A stretch of 64,000 nt of DNA, taken from positions 8,246,001-8,310,000 of the forward strand of contig OZ024762.1 of the NCBI GenBank assembly GCA_964016885.1, read 5' to 3'. Positions within the stretch are counted from its first letter, which is position 1. Each line of letters starts with the position of its first letter. The notes beneath the pieces are model-generated. The model did no database searches. It was not told where the DNA came from and saw only the letters and a program-made list of their open reading frames with translations. The stretch comes from Eledone cirrhosa. Its lineage: Eukaryota. Made by a program: the position numbers and the translations under genes. Below are positions 37,731 through 50,467 of the stretch, piece by piece.

Positions 37731-39953
37731 AAAAAATTTCTTTCATTTAATTAATTCAAATTTTATTGTCATTTTTATTAATTGATTAAATAATTAAGGA
37801 ACATTTCTCGCTCGTGCAAACTTACTTTTTTTATATTCATGCAGGAAAAAGAAAAAAAAACAACAAATAACTTTCCGTAAACCACTGCATTGAATATAGC
37901 AGAAGTAAATTCCCCAAAACCCAGTTTTCGGCAACACAATTGTGTTATGAAGCGGAGAATGTAGTCGTTTGAACTGATATCACTCACTATATTACTGGTA
38001 TTTATTTTGGTCATTTTTTTTACAATTACTCCCGTCTTACGTTGGAGGAGAAATTAATATTTTTATTATGTTTCTGTTTTTATGTCCTCCAAAAACTGTT
38101 GGAAATTATTTATTTTTGTTTTAGTCAACTGGGATCCACCCTCGGAATTTTCTGGTTTGTGGGTGCATATCACACTTTGGTGGTGGAATTTATTTTATGG
38201 GAGAATTTAAACGCAGGACGTAAAACAACGCGACTACACCACAATCGGTAACTTTGTTTACATTTTAATACGTCCTCCACTTCACAAACACTTAGTCAAA
38301 ACCGGGACCTGAACGACCGTTTCTTCATTGCACCGGTCACAATCAAGACTTCTGGTGTCTTTGGTCCCCCGCACTGCCGATTTTCTTCATAAAGTTGGAA
38401 AGACAGCGGCCCGCTTGAGGAGGGACCCCTGTGAGATGGGGTGGCTGTTACAATGGGTGTCTCTGGCCAGAGACACCCATTGTAACAGCTGCGGGGGGCG
38501 ACAGAGGTACCGCTCACATTGGGGTGTAGTGACTCTCCCTATCTCTTTCTTTCGTTGCTTCATACTTCTTTCTTTTTCTGTTCCCTTTAGTAATGTTTTT
38601 TTTTTTTTTATCAGATACTGCTCAATTATTTTTATATAATGTCGGTGGCTTTTCATGACATTGTGAGATTTTGTATATTGAATAAATATTATCACTTAAC
38701 TGTTTAAAAAGGAGGTAGGAGCAAATTCTAATGAATCATTAAATAAGAATTTTTATTTACAGTAATAATAATGATAATAATAATGACAGCAATAATAAAA
38801 AAGAAAAGAAAAAAGAATAGGAAAATATAGAGGAAAAGAAAAAAACAGAACGGGAAGGGGAGGAGATGGCAAGAACTCTAGTGTCGCAGAAGAGAGATGA
38901 GGATGAAGGGGGAGGGTGATTGGGCCTAGGGCATGGGGGAAGAAGGGCTGAGTCCCGCGGACAATCCCAAGCTATTGAAAAGACTCTGACGAGGTTCCTA
39001 ATTTCATGATTGTCTTCATCTCTTGATGGTAAAGACAGTTGTCTGATACAGCTTGGTACCGAGGATCTTGCAGACAAAGGTGGAACGTAAAGGGCCGTAA
39101 GAAATACCGCAGGGTATCTCACTCAACGTTCCAACAACTCGACCAATTCATCACCTTTTGTCTGGTATTTTATTTAACGACCCACAAATGATTAAAAGCA
39201 GAGTTGACGTCGGCGTGAGTTGAACTCGGAACGCAGAGAGCAGGAACAAGTTTTTCAAAGAATTTTAATCCTGCGCTCTAGCGACTCTGTAAATCCGCCG
39301 TCCTATACGCTGTTAAGTAGCTGTATAAAATTATTGCTTCATAATAAAAAATTACGATGCTTTTTACATAGAAAACTGCTATTTTCATCTGGAAAGACCA
39401 CTAAGAGTTATCTCCCTTCGCATATCAACTTGAAGCAGTCGACCTCGACCGTGGAGACAGCAAACACCTCGACGGAATTACCCTCTTCCCACTCGAAGGA
39501 GGTAAATCCCTTATCTGGGACGCTACATGCTGCGACATGTTCTCCGCCTCCAACGTAGTCGCTTCAGCCACAAACCCCGGAACCGCAGTCAGCAATGCAG
39601 AGGACATGAAGATTAGTAAACACCGGTTGCTTCCTCTTTGCACCAGTCGCCGTGGGGATCTCAGGCGTCTTCAGACTCCGTACTGTTGACCTCCTCCGTA
39701 AAATCGGAATGATAGTAACTCGTCTGTAGAAGGATCCTCGCGAGGTGGAGTGGCTGTTGCTGGCCATTGTTCTCGGTTTTCTATGGCTGGATGCCCTTCC
39801 TAACACCAACCACATTTACAGTGTGGACTGGGAGCCTTTTTACCGTGTCTCCTACACGACAAATATATATATATTTTTAATTACATAATAAACAACACAA
39901 TATAATTATTTCATTACCGAAGGTTTCTAGCTCGTTTGTAAGACAAAACAATT

Positions 39954-40033
39954 AATTGTTTTGTCTGATGAACAAGTTAGATGTGTCTGTAAGAATCATC
40001 TAGTTTCTCGAAACCTTCGGTAATGAAATAATT
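39954..40033 (+). ncRNA. Type I hammerhead ribozyme-like motif within a foldback element
   Basis: aattgttttgt-CTGATGA-..aagttagatg/catctagttt..-GAAA-ccttcgg-TA-atgaaataatt. 11-bp stem I, ACC/GGT stem III, GUA site; the base of stem II is mismatched. Confidence 0.65.
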
Positions 40034-42270
40034 ATATTGTGTTGTTTATTATGTAATTAAATAGCTCTGTACTATACATAGAGCACACTTCTTTCCTTTA
40101 CCTTTTCTACAGAAATACTTAACACACACACACTCACATATATATAATATATATATATAATAATACAAAGACGAATGGTTACTTCTTCTGACCGACGAGC
40201 TTTTGTTTTCAGAGTCGGACCAGATCGATACAGATCGAACCTTGAGCTGCTCAGTAACGAAATGCATATCAACCAATAAACGTAATGAAGGAGTAACCAT
40301 TTGTTCTTGTATTATTATATTATACTCTGTCTAGCTCTACACGTCAACACTGATGTGAACCTAACCGCGTTACACTCCCTGGATATATATATATATATAT
40401 TATTATTATTATTATTATTATTACTATTATTACTATTATTAAAGGGCGGTGAATTGGCAGTATCGGTAGAGGGTCGGATGCCATGCTTTGTCGCATAGAG
40501 TTACGGCCCTTTATGGTCTGAGTTCAAATCCCGCCGAGGTTAACTTTGCCTTTCATCCTTACGGGGTCGATAAAATAAAGTACCAGTAATGTACTGGGTA
40601 ATTGCTGGCCTTGTGTCAAAAGTAGAAACAATTATTATTATTATTACTTTCAAAGTAAAGGGTGTCATGAATGATACAAAATCAAACATATGTCTTGTCT
40701 CTAAAAACACCTCAAGATAGAATTCAGAGAATAAAATTGAGCCTTAATCATTATTAGAAAGTGATTGAAATATAGTTCTAAGTTTTGAATTGTCTTAATA
40801 CACACTTATGTGTGTATGAATATATTTCAATCATTTTCTTATAATGATATATATATATATAATTTATTTTTCATCATTAACATTAATATAAAAAATAATA
40901 ATGTTTTACCCAACATTTTTTGAGAAGGGCCTCAAATTTCATATAGCTTAGGGCCTCGGCAATTGAATGTCCAGCCTTGCTGCTACACCATGTCTACAAT
41001 AACACAAAACTACTCCTGGATAACAGTTGATGAGTGAAAAGACTTATAAAGCACAGCAGAGATGCTGTGAAATATTTATGTTGATGGATCTTCAATATTT
41101 CCAATGATGAGCGCTTCAGCTGATTCAATGAAGGAGCTAACCGCTCATGAAATTAACGTGTAAGTGGCTGAGCATTCCACAGACTTGCATGTATCCTTAG
41201 CGTAGTTCTCAGAGATATGCAGCATGAAACAGTGTCTGACAAGTCTGACCCCTTGAATTATAGGTACAACTCATTTTTGCCAGTTGAGTGATCCGAAGCA
41301 CCATGAAATAAAGTGTCTTGCTCAAGGATACAATTCATGGCCTGATCTGAACTCATGATCTTATGAACATGAGTCTAGCAATCTAACCATTTTATGCCAA
41401 GCATGTGACTTATTTATGTAATTGAATTCTAAAAATGTTGATTTTTTACTTTTTCATACAAATAATTTGTCAATACAATTTATATAATGAATAAGACAAT
41501 GTAGATATATATAGTACTGAAGCAAAAGGAAGAAAAACAAAAAAAGGTGGTGGGGCTGAGCAGACCCAAATATTCAATCACGCATCTCAACAAGGTGTTG
41601 GAGCTTCATAAAAATGACTGAAATTTTTTAGGCCAACCAACACACTCACAGCAGTGGGTGGTGTAATTAACAAAACAATTGACAACCAGCTCAATAGCTA
41701 GAGGAGGTGACAGAGAAATACATGGATAACTAGCTTACTGGTTTGACATTAATAGTTAAATAACTCGATCACTGGCTATATAGACAGTTTAATAGCTAGA
41801 TTGCCAGCTATATGGACAGGCAGATAGATTGCTCATTAGATATATAGATAGATAGATCACTAGAAATATAGACAGTTAAGTAGATAGATCACTATATATA
41901 TATATCTATATATCTATATCTATCTAGGGCGGGTAAAATTGCCGATATCCATGGACGAATTCTCTCCAGCGGTCTCTGTCCCTCATTATCGCTGCCATGT
42001 CTTGCGTCTCCAACAGACCAGTGTCTGTCCTTAGGGCATCAACATACGTTAACCTTGGTCTTCCTCTTCCAGTGTGTCCATGTAGGGGCTCCCTACATAT
42101 ATATATAATTATATACAATTATATATATATAATTGTATAAAATTGTATATATATATACAATTATATATATATAATTGTTTCTACGTTTGGCACAGGGCCA
42201 GCAATTACCCAGTGCATTTCTATTATATATATAAGAACAAAGTGGAAATGTTACATAGGACATTTATTGC

Positions 42271-42370
42271 TTAATCCAGGTTACAATGTTTCCCAAGCAG
42301 CTGGCTCGTGATCTGGGATGGCACCCCCAGACTAGACTCCAAGACTGCCTGATCCTTAGACCAGTGTTAA
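42271..42370 (-). ncRNA. Degenerate hammerhead-like motif (core CTAAGGA)
   Basis: Reverse complement reads ttaacactggt-CTAAGGA-tcaggcag...ctgcttgg-GAAA-cattg-TA-acctggattaa. 8-bp stem II; G5->A substitution. Confidence 0.5.
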
Positions 42371-42848
42371 CACAACAAAAATCACATCAAATCTGTGGAC
42401 GAACCAGCAAAAACACAAACAAACATATAGAATGACCAAATCTTCGGATTTACTGAACTTTTTGCATATATATATAGGAAGTGTGGTAAGGAACCAGATG
42501 GACCATAACGCACCAGAATACTCAATACTTAGGGTAGTAGAGTGGGTAATAGGACTGAGTCCAGAAATAGCCGTCGAAACGGCTTGAGCTCTGCCGTCGG
42601 GGTCTTGAACATTTTCCTATATATATATATATATTGACAGTCGATTGACTTTCGTCAAAGCGAGCCGAGGAAACAATGTTTCCATTTGTCTTTCCAATTG
42701 CTAATACTATCTATCGGTCGCAACTCCAGGTAGAAGGAGCGACATAAAATAAAGTGTCTTGCTCAAGGACATAACGCATCGCCCGGTCCAGGAATCGAAC
42801 GCACAACATCACGATTGCGAATCCAATTCTCTAACCACTTAGCCACAC

Positions 42849-42903
<55 letters not shown>

Positions 42904-43516
42904 TAGATAGATAGATAGCTCGCTAGATAGGTAGATAGATAGATAGCTCGCTAGATAGGTAGATAGATAGATAGCTCGCTAGATATATAGACAGATAGAT
43001 AGATCACTAGATATATAGATAGATCACTTAACATAAGTATGAGCAGCCTGTTATGGCCAGTTTGAACAGAAAGGGCTGAGAGAATTCTGGCCGGATATGG
43101 CCAGTTGAAATGCTAAAGGGTTAATGTAATTATGAGCAGCCAGTTAGAGCTGGTTTGAACAGAAAGGGCTGAGGGAATTCTGGCCGGATATGGCCGGTTT
43201 AAATGCTAAAGGGTTAATGTAATTATGAGCAGCCAGTTAGAGCTGGTTTGAACAGAAAGGGCTGAGGGAATTCTGGCCGGATATGGCCGGTTTAAATGCT
43301 AAAGGGTTAATGACTGTTTATAAGTCTTTTTGGTAATATTTGGGGTTCCTATCATGACCAACAAATAAAAAAGGCTGGAGACCATTGCTGTAGTATATAA
43401 CTCATCCCATGTTGATAGCACTTGGATTTCTAATATACTAATATGTTTATCTGTGAGCCATAGATTCTGTGGGAACTCAGCAGTTTTAGAGCTGATGTGT
43501 ATATAAGTAGGCCCCG

Positions 43517-43716
43517 NNNNNNNNNNNNNNNNNNNNNNNNNNNNNNNNNNNNNNNNNNNNNNNNNNNNNNNNNNNNNNNNNNNNNNNNNNNNNNNNNNNN
43601 NNNNNNNNNNNNNNNNNNNNNNNNNNNNNNNNNNNNNNNNNNNNNNNNNNNNNNNNNNNNNNNNNNNNNNNNNNNNNNNNNNNNNNNNNNNNNNNNNNNN
43701 NNNNNNNNNNNNNNNN
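43517..43716. other. Assembly gap
   Basis: 200 consecutive N. Confidence 1.
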
Positions 43717-44236
43717 TAATTGCTGGCCTTGTGCCAAAATTAAAAACAATTATTTATGTGGATCCGCAGTATCGGTAGAGCGTCAGACACCATGCTTTGC
43801 AGCATAGAGTTATGGCCCTTTGTGAAGGAGTCTGTCCGGCTTAATTGTTTGGATGTTCGGCCCACGATCGTAAGGCCGTGAGTTCGATTCCTGGACCGAA
43901 TGGCATGTTGTGTCATTGTCCATAACGGTTTATTTTACTTTATTCCACTCAGCTGGCAAAAATGAATTAGAAAAATATCTGTAATGTAAAGAGTCGCCTG
44001 CCTTGTCATACACTGTGTCACACTGAATCTCCCTGAGTATTACGTTAAAGTTACATGTGTCTATGGAATACTCAGCCATGTTAATTTTGTCAGTTAATTT
44101 CAAGAGCAGACTGTTCCGTTGATTGCATTGACTGGAAAACTCGTTTTTGGAACCGACGGAGGTCCAACATTTAGTTGTTTCATATCGCAAATTGTCAACA
44201 ATAGCGTCGTTTGAGCTTCATTGTAACTAGTCTAGA

Positions 44237-44278
<42 letters not shown>

Positions 44279-45919
44279 CTTTGTTTCTGCAAGTTTTGAA
44301 TTAAATTTTGCAGATATAAGATTTCGAAGACAGACTACAATTATGCTGAGATTAATTATATATATATTTCTGCTTTAAACTCTATATCATCATCATCACC
44401 ATCATCATCAGCATCATCCTCATCATCATCATCCTCATCATCATCATCAACACCATCATCATCATCACCATCATCCTCACCACCACCACCATCACTACCA
44501 CCACCATCACCATCACCATCATCATCATCATCACTACCACCACCATCACCATCATCATCATATATCGTCCATTTCCACACTTGCATGGGTTAAATGACTC
44601 GTCACATTATCAGACAATTCAGGTCAGGTGATCATGTCTTGCTCATACAGATCTGTATTTTGGCTTGGTTTCTATGGTTGTATACCCTTCCTAACACTAA
44701 CCACGTTACAGGGTGTTTTTCATCATGTCACCAGCACGACCACCTTACAGGGTGGACTGGGTGCTCTTTTTGTCATGTCATGTCACCAGCACGACCACCT
44801 TACAGAGTGGACTGGGCACTCTTTTTTGTCATGTCATGTCACCAGCACGACCACCTTACAGGGTGGACTGGGTGTTTTTTTTCGTCATGTTGTGTCACCA
44901 GCACATCCATCTTACAGAGTGAACAGGGTGCTTTTTTTTTCATGTCATGTCACCAGCAAAACCACCTTACAGGGTGGGCAGGGTGCTTTTTTTGTCATGT
45001 CAACACGACCGCCTTACAGAGTGGACTGGGTGCTCTTTTTGCCATGTCATGTCACCAGCACAACCACATTGTAAAGTGTACTGAATGCTTTTTTTATGTC
45101 ATCAGCATGACCTCAATACAGATTTAACAAGGAGAGTCTCCTGTCATGTCACAAGAATTACCATCTTATAGAGTGTATTTGTAGTTGCCTCTTTTCAATT
45201 ACTTGGAAATAAAGAAGGGAATATAATCCATATTATAATTAACTTCAGCGATTCTTTTGGAAAGTATCGCTGGACAGATTTTACGGGCAAAACCAACCGG
45301 CAGTAACTTTTGCAGTCTAAGTTCAAATCCCGCTGAGGTTAACTTTGCCTTTCATCCTTACGAGGTCGATAAAATAAAGTACCAGTAATATACTTGGATA
45401 ATTTCTGGCCTTGTGCCAAAAGTAGAAACAATTATTTTGAGAACAATACCTTAACGTCCGTATGAGCAGCCAGTTACAGCCAGTTTGAACAGAAAGAGGT
45501 GAGAGAATTCTGGCCGGATACAGCCAGCTTAAATACTATAGGGTTAAGGTTTGGAACATAACTTAACAAAGTTTCTTACTTGAAATTATGATTGAAGTTT
45601 ATTTATTAATTTTAGATAAATATAAATGTTTTATGATAAAACAGAAGTGGTTTCAGGCAGTTTGGTATCAGAAGAGAGTTAACAAAACATGAAGATAAGA
45701 CTCTACTACCACCACCAACACCACTACTACACCAACAACAACAAACCAAGCATTATCTACTACTATCACTACTCACACCACCACCAATACACCAACAACA
45801 ACAACAACAACAAGCCAAAGATTATCTACTATTTCTATCTTTGAAGTAATTTATTAAAACTAATCAATGTTAGTTGGTCAACACAATTTACATATTGATA
45901 TAGATAAACAGGAGACGCT

Positions 45920-46365
45920 TTCTACACTAAGGGTTTTAAATGTGGGATTTGTCTACACTAGTGGTCCTTAAATGTGGGAGTTATCTAGACTAGGGGTCCT
46001 TAAATGTGAGTAAAGGGGGAGTTATCTAGACTAGGGGTCCTTAAATGTGAGAGTTATCTAGACTAGAGGTCCTAAATGTGGGAGTTATCTAGACTAGGGG
46101 TCCTTAAATAAAGGGGGAGTTATCTAGACTAGGGATCCTTAAATGTGGGAGTTATCTAGACTAGGGGGTCCTTAAATAAAGGGGGAGGTATCTAGACTCA
46201 CGGTCATTAAATGTGGAAATTATCTTGACTAGAGGTCCTTAAATGTGGGAGTTATCTAGACTAGGGGTCCTTAAATAAAGGGGGAGTTATCTAGACTAGG
46301 GGTCCTTAAATGTGAGAGTTATCTAGACTAGAGGTCCTTAAATAAAGGGGGAGTTATCTAGACTT
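45920..46365. repeat. ~35-bp minisatellite
   Basis: Unit gggagttatctagactaggggtccttaaat. Confidence 0.9.
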
Positions 46366-49179
46366 GGAAAACTGTTGTTGCTGGCGTTTTGTGTATGATA
46401 TACTTTTTTGTGTGAGTGCATACATCCTATAACAAACACACTATCTTAAAGATATATTGTTATAGTCATTTGTGGAGCACTTGATAATTTTAAGTGCAAC
46501 CTTTGTATATACATAACAAGTGATTTAAGCTCATTTCTTGTGTTAATGCAGAGTGAAGTGGAGGATAGGGGGTAGTGCAGTGGGGGGTAGGTGGTGGAGA
46601 CGGAGGGTGGAGGTGAGTGGATTGGGGCGAGTGGAGTGGGGGTGAAGGGGTAGCTAGGGGTGGGGGGGAGGCGTTGAAGTTGGGTGGGACAGATAGTGGA
46701 GTAGAGGGTGAGGTAGATAGGTGGTGGAGTGGGGGTAGATAAGTGGGGGGAGTGGAGGTGGAAGGTGGGGGTAGATAAGTGGGGGAGGGTAGCAGAGACT
46801 GCAGAAAGATCAGTAGGGCAGTGACAAAATCAAAAGGTTATCAACATTACACACACACTACTCACACACACACATACACCATTACTCACTCACACACACA
46901 CACATACACCATTACTCACTCACACACACACATACACTACTCACACACACATACACTACTCACACACACACACTCCTACTCACACACACACACCACTACT
47001 CACACACCCACATTCACCACTACTCACTCACACACACATACACCACTACTCACAGACACACACCACTACTCACACAAACGCACACATACACCACTACTCA
47101 CACAAACACACACACACCACTACTCATACAAACACACATACACACCACTACTCACACAAACACACACACACCACTACTCACACACACACACCACTACTCA
47201 CACACACACACACACCACTACTCACACACACACACACACCACTACTCACACACACACACCACTACTCACACAAACACACACACCACTACTCACACACACA
47301 CACACACCACTACTCACACACACACACCACTACTCACACATACAAAGACACTTTATTGTGGGAAAAACAAAACACTAGAAACGTTTTATATTTTTTCTCA
47401 AGATGAAGTAAAGAAAGAAAATAAAGAAAGAAGAATAGAGAAAAAAGAAAAAAGAAGAAAGAAAGAACATACAAAAAAAAGAAACAACAAAACAGAAAAC
47501 AATAGTAACCATGGAGATATTTTAATAGTTTGAGCAATTAAATTCAGCAAAATTTGGGAATAGTCACTTTAACCTTTCAGCACTTACATAACTCTATATA
47601 TACTATTGGCCACTCATACTGATGTTAACGTATTGTTCTCAAAATAAATAACATCAAAATCTCATAGATTCAATATTATGGGAGATAATTATGTAAGACA
47701 AAGCCTTTACCACAAAAATACAATAGTGTATATAGAGTTATGTAAATGCTAAAGGGTTAAAGTGGGTTTGAAGCAAGCAGTTGTGATAATACAAACAGAT
47801 TTCACCATTGTAAAATAAGTCAACACTTTGAAAAAAAAGAAAAAGAAACCTCCAAAAGAAAATATAAGACAGACAGTAAATTGTGTGAAACCATTTTGCT
47901 GGTTAGAGAGCTGATGACGGTGAAGATGTGTATGTGTCTTGTACATCACCTTTCTTTATTTTCTTCTTCCAGTCACTAAAGACACCCAATGACCAAGTGC
48001 TGGTGTTCAAACAAGTTACTTATTTGTGAAATATATAAGTAAAATATATATATACAAAAACAAGATGGTGTAGGACAGAACAAAGGAGAGACACAAAATA
48101 AAAACCTAGTCACTGAGGAGCTCACAAAATGTGTGACAAAAGAGCTTTGACAATATATAAACAACCATCCAGTTATCAAACCAACCAACCAGCCAACCGA
48201 AAATGTATAATAAATTGAGGTGAAAACCGACAGGTGCATGTGTTTTTATTGGCAACATGACCCTCCCAAAGTTTAACAATATCTGTTTCAACACACGTTT
48301 TCAGATAAGAAATCTTGCAAAATAAATTCGAAAACGAAATAAACATATATATATATATATTTAAAACTATGTTGTCTCTGATCGAGATAAAACAAGAATG
48401 TATTTGAATACATATAAAAATGAGAAAACTCATTGCTAGAATAACCGTTAAAACAGCTTGTGAAACCATTTTGCTAGTTTGAGAGCTGGTGAGAGTGTAG
48501 ATGTGTGAGTGTAAACTTGTCTTGTACATCACCTTTCTTTATTTCCTTCTTCTAGTCACTTCTTACCCTCTTCCTCTTTCAGTCTTTTCTATATTTCATT
48601 TGCCTGTCACCCACCTCATGGGTTGTCTCTCTGCCAACCACTGGCTGCTGGTTTCTAACCTCTGAGGCATTTTTGCCCACTGCTGTAATTGACAGCATTT
48701 GGCTGTTTTAGTGATGAGTTTTCTCATTTTTATATGAGAGTAACTTTGTTTAAGAAGCAAGTTTACACTCAACAACGAAACAACCCTCAAGATCCCAGAC
48801 CTCATTCATTTACAAAGTGAGGTGGAACTTGTCAAATCATACCAAGGAAAAAAATGTTTCCATTAGTCTTTCCATTGCTGATACTATCTACTGGTCGCAG
48901 CTCCTGGCAGAAGAAGCAACTTGAAATAAAATGTCTTACTGAAGGACAGAACACATCCCTGAGTCCTGGAATTGAACTCGCAATCTTATCCAATCCCCTA
49001 ACCACTAACCCACATGCTCAACAATAACATTCAATATTTATTCTTGGTACCTTTGCACCCCCAACATTCATCCCCCATAGTCATTACAGTGCAACATTCT
49101 CTCCTGTATGCTACATTTAATTTTGCTTATGCCCAGTTCTTCTCCCAGCTCATTTGGGCTTCATCATTCATTTTTACAA

Positions 49180-50467
49180 CAGTGATTCCCAACGTGGGGC
49201 AAATGACCCACAGGGGAGCAATTTGAATATTTAAGGAGGCAATTTGAAAATAATGTTAATGAGAGCAAACTTAAGGTTTTATCTTGTTATTTTTACACCA
49301 ATTGGAACAAATTACTGTCGTTAAATCCTGTCTCACCTCCTCCACACACGCTATTTTAGATTTGCTACCACCTACACCAAGGCACCGTTGGTACTCATTA
49401 CTGTCAGAAACTCCTGTTTCACCTACTCCAGGTAACTTTGGTAGACATTACTGTCAGAAACTCCTGTCTCACCACCTACACCACATGTTATTGTACATCT
49501 GGCACCACCTACACTAAGGTAACTTTGGTAGACATTACTGTCAGAAACTCCTGTCTCCCCTCCTCCACATGTTATTGTACATCTGGCACCAATTACACTA
49601 AGGTAACTTTGGTAGACATTACTGTCAGAAACTCCTGTCTCCCCTCCTCCACATGTTATTGTACATCTGGCACCACTTACACTAAGGTAACTTTGGTAGA
49701 CATTACTGTCAGAAACTCCTGTCTCCCCTCCTCCACATGTTATTGTACATCTGGCACCACTTACACTAAGGTAACTTTGGTAGACATTACTGTCAGAAAC
49801 TCCTGTCTCCCCTCCTCCACATGTTATTGTACATCTGGCACCACTTACACTAAGGTAACTTTGGTAGACATTACTGTCAGAAACTCCTGTCTCCCCTCCT
49901 CCACATGTTATTGTACATCTGGCACCACTTACACTAAGGTAACTTTGGTAGACATTACTGTCAGAAACTCCTGTCTCTCCTCCTCCACATGTTATTGTAC
50001 ATCTGGCACCACTTACACTAAGGTAACTTTGGTAGACATTACTGTCAGAAACTCCTGTCTCCCCTCCTCCACATGTTATTGTACATCTGGCACCACCTAC
50101 ACCAATGTAACTTTGGTAGACATTAGTGTCAGAAACTCCTGTCTCACCTCCACATGTTATTGTACATCTGGCGCCACTTACACTAAGGTAACTTTGGTAG
50201 ACATTACTGTCAGAAACTCCTGTCTCACCTCCTCCACACATGATATTGTATATCTGGCACCACCTACACCAAGGTAACTTTGGTAGACATTACTGTAAGA
50301 AACTCCTGTCCCACCTCCTCCATATGTTATTGTACATCTGGCACCACCCATATGCCAATTTGTTTACACTTTTTAGTTGATCATCGCTGTTTTTATATCA
50401 AAGTGGGGTATAAAAATGCTTGAGATGTTAAGGTGGTGCATAGGGCAGAAAAGGCTGGGAACCACTG
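49180..50467. mobile_element. hAT (Charlie-like) non-autonomous element carrying a 90-bp tandem array
   Basis: Termini CAGTGATTCCCAAC...GCTGGGAACCACTG; 8-bp flanks ttttacaa/atctacaa. Confidence 0.75.

Noticed and set aside
48596-48805. 69-aa minus-strand ORF MRSGILRVVSLL...
   Set aside because: Short, with no recognisable homology or supporting gene structure.
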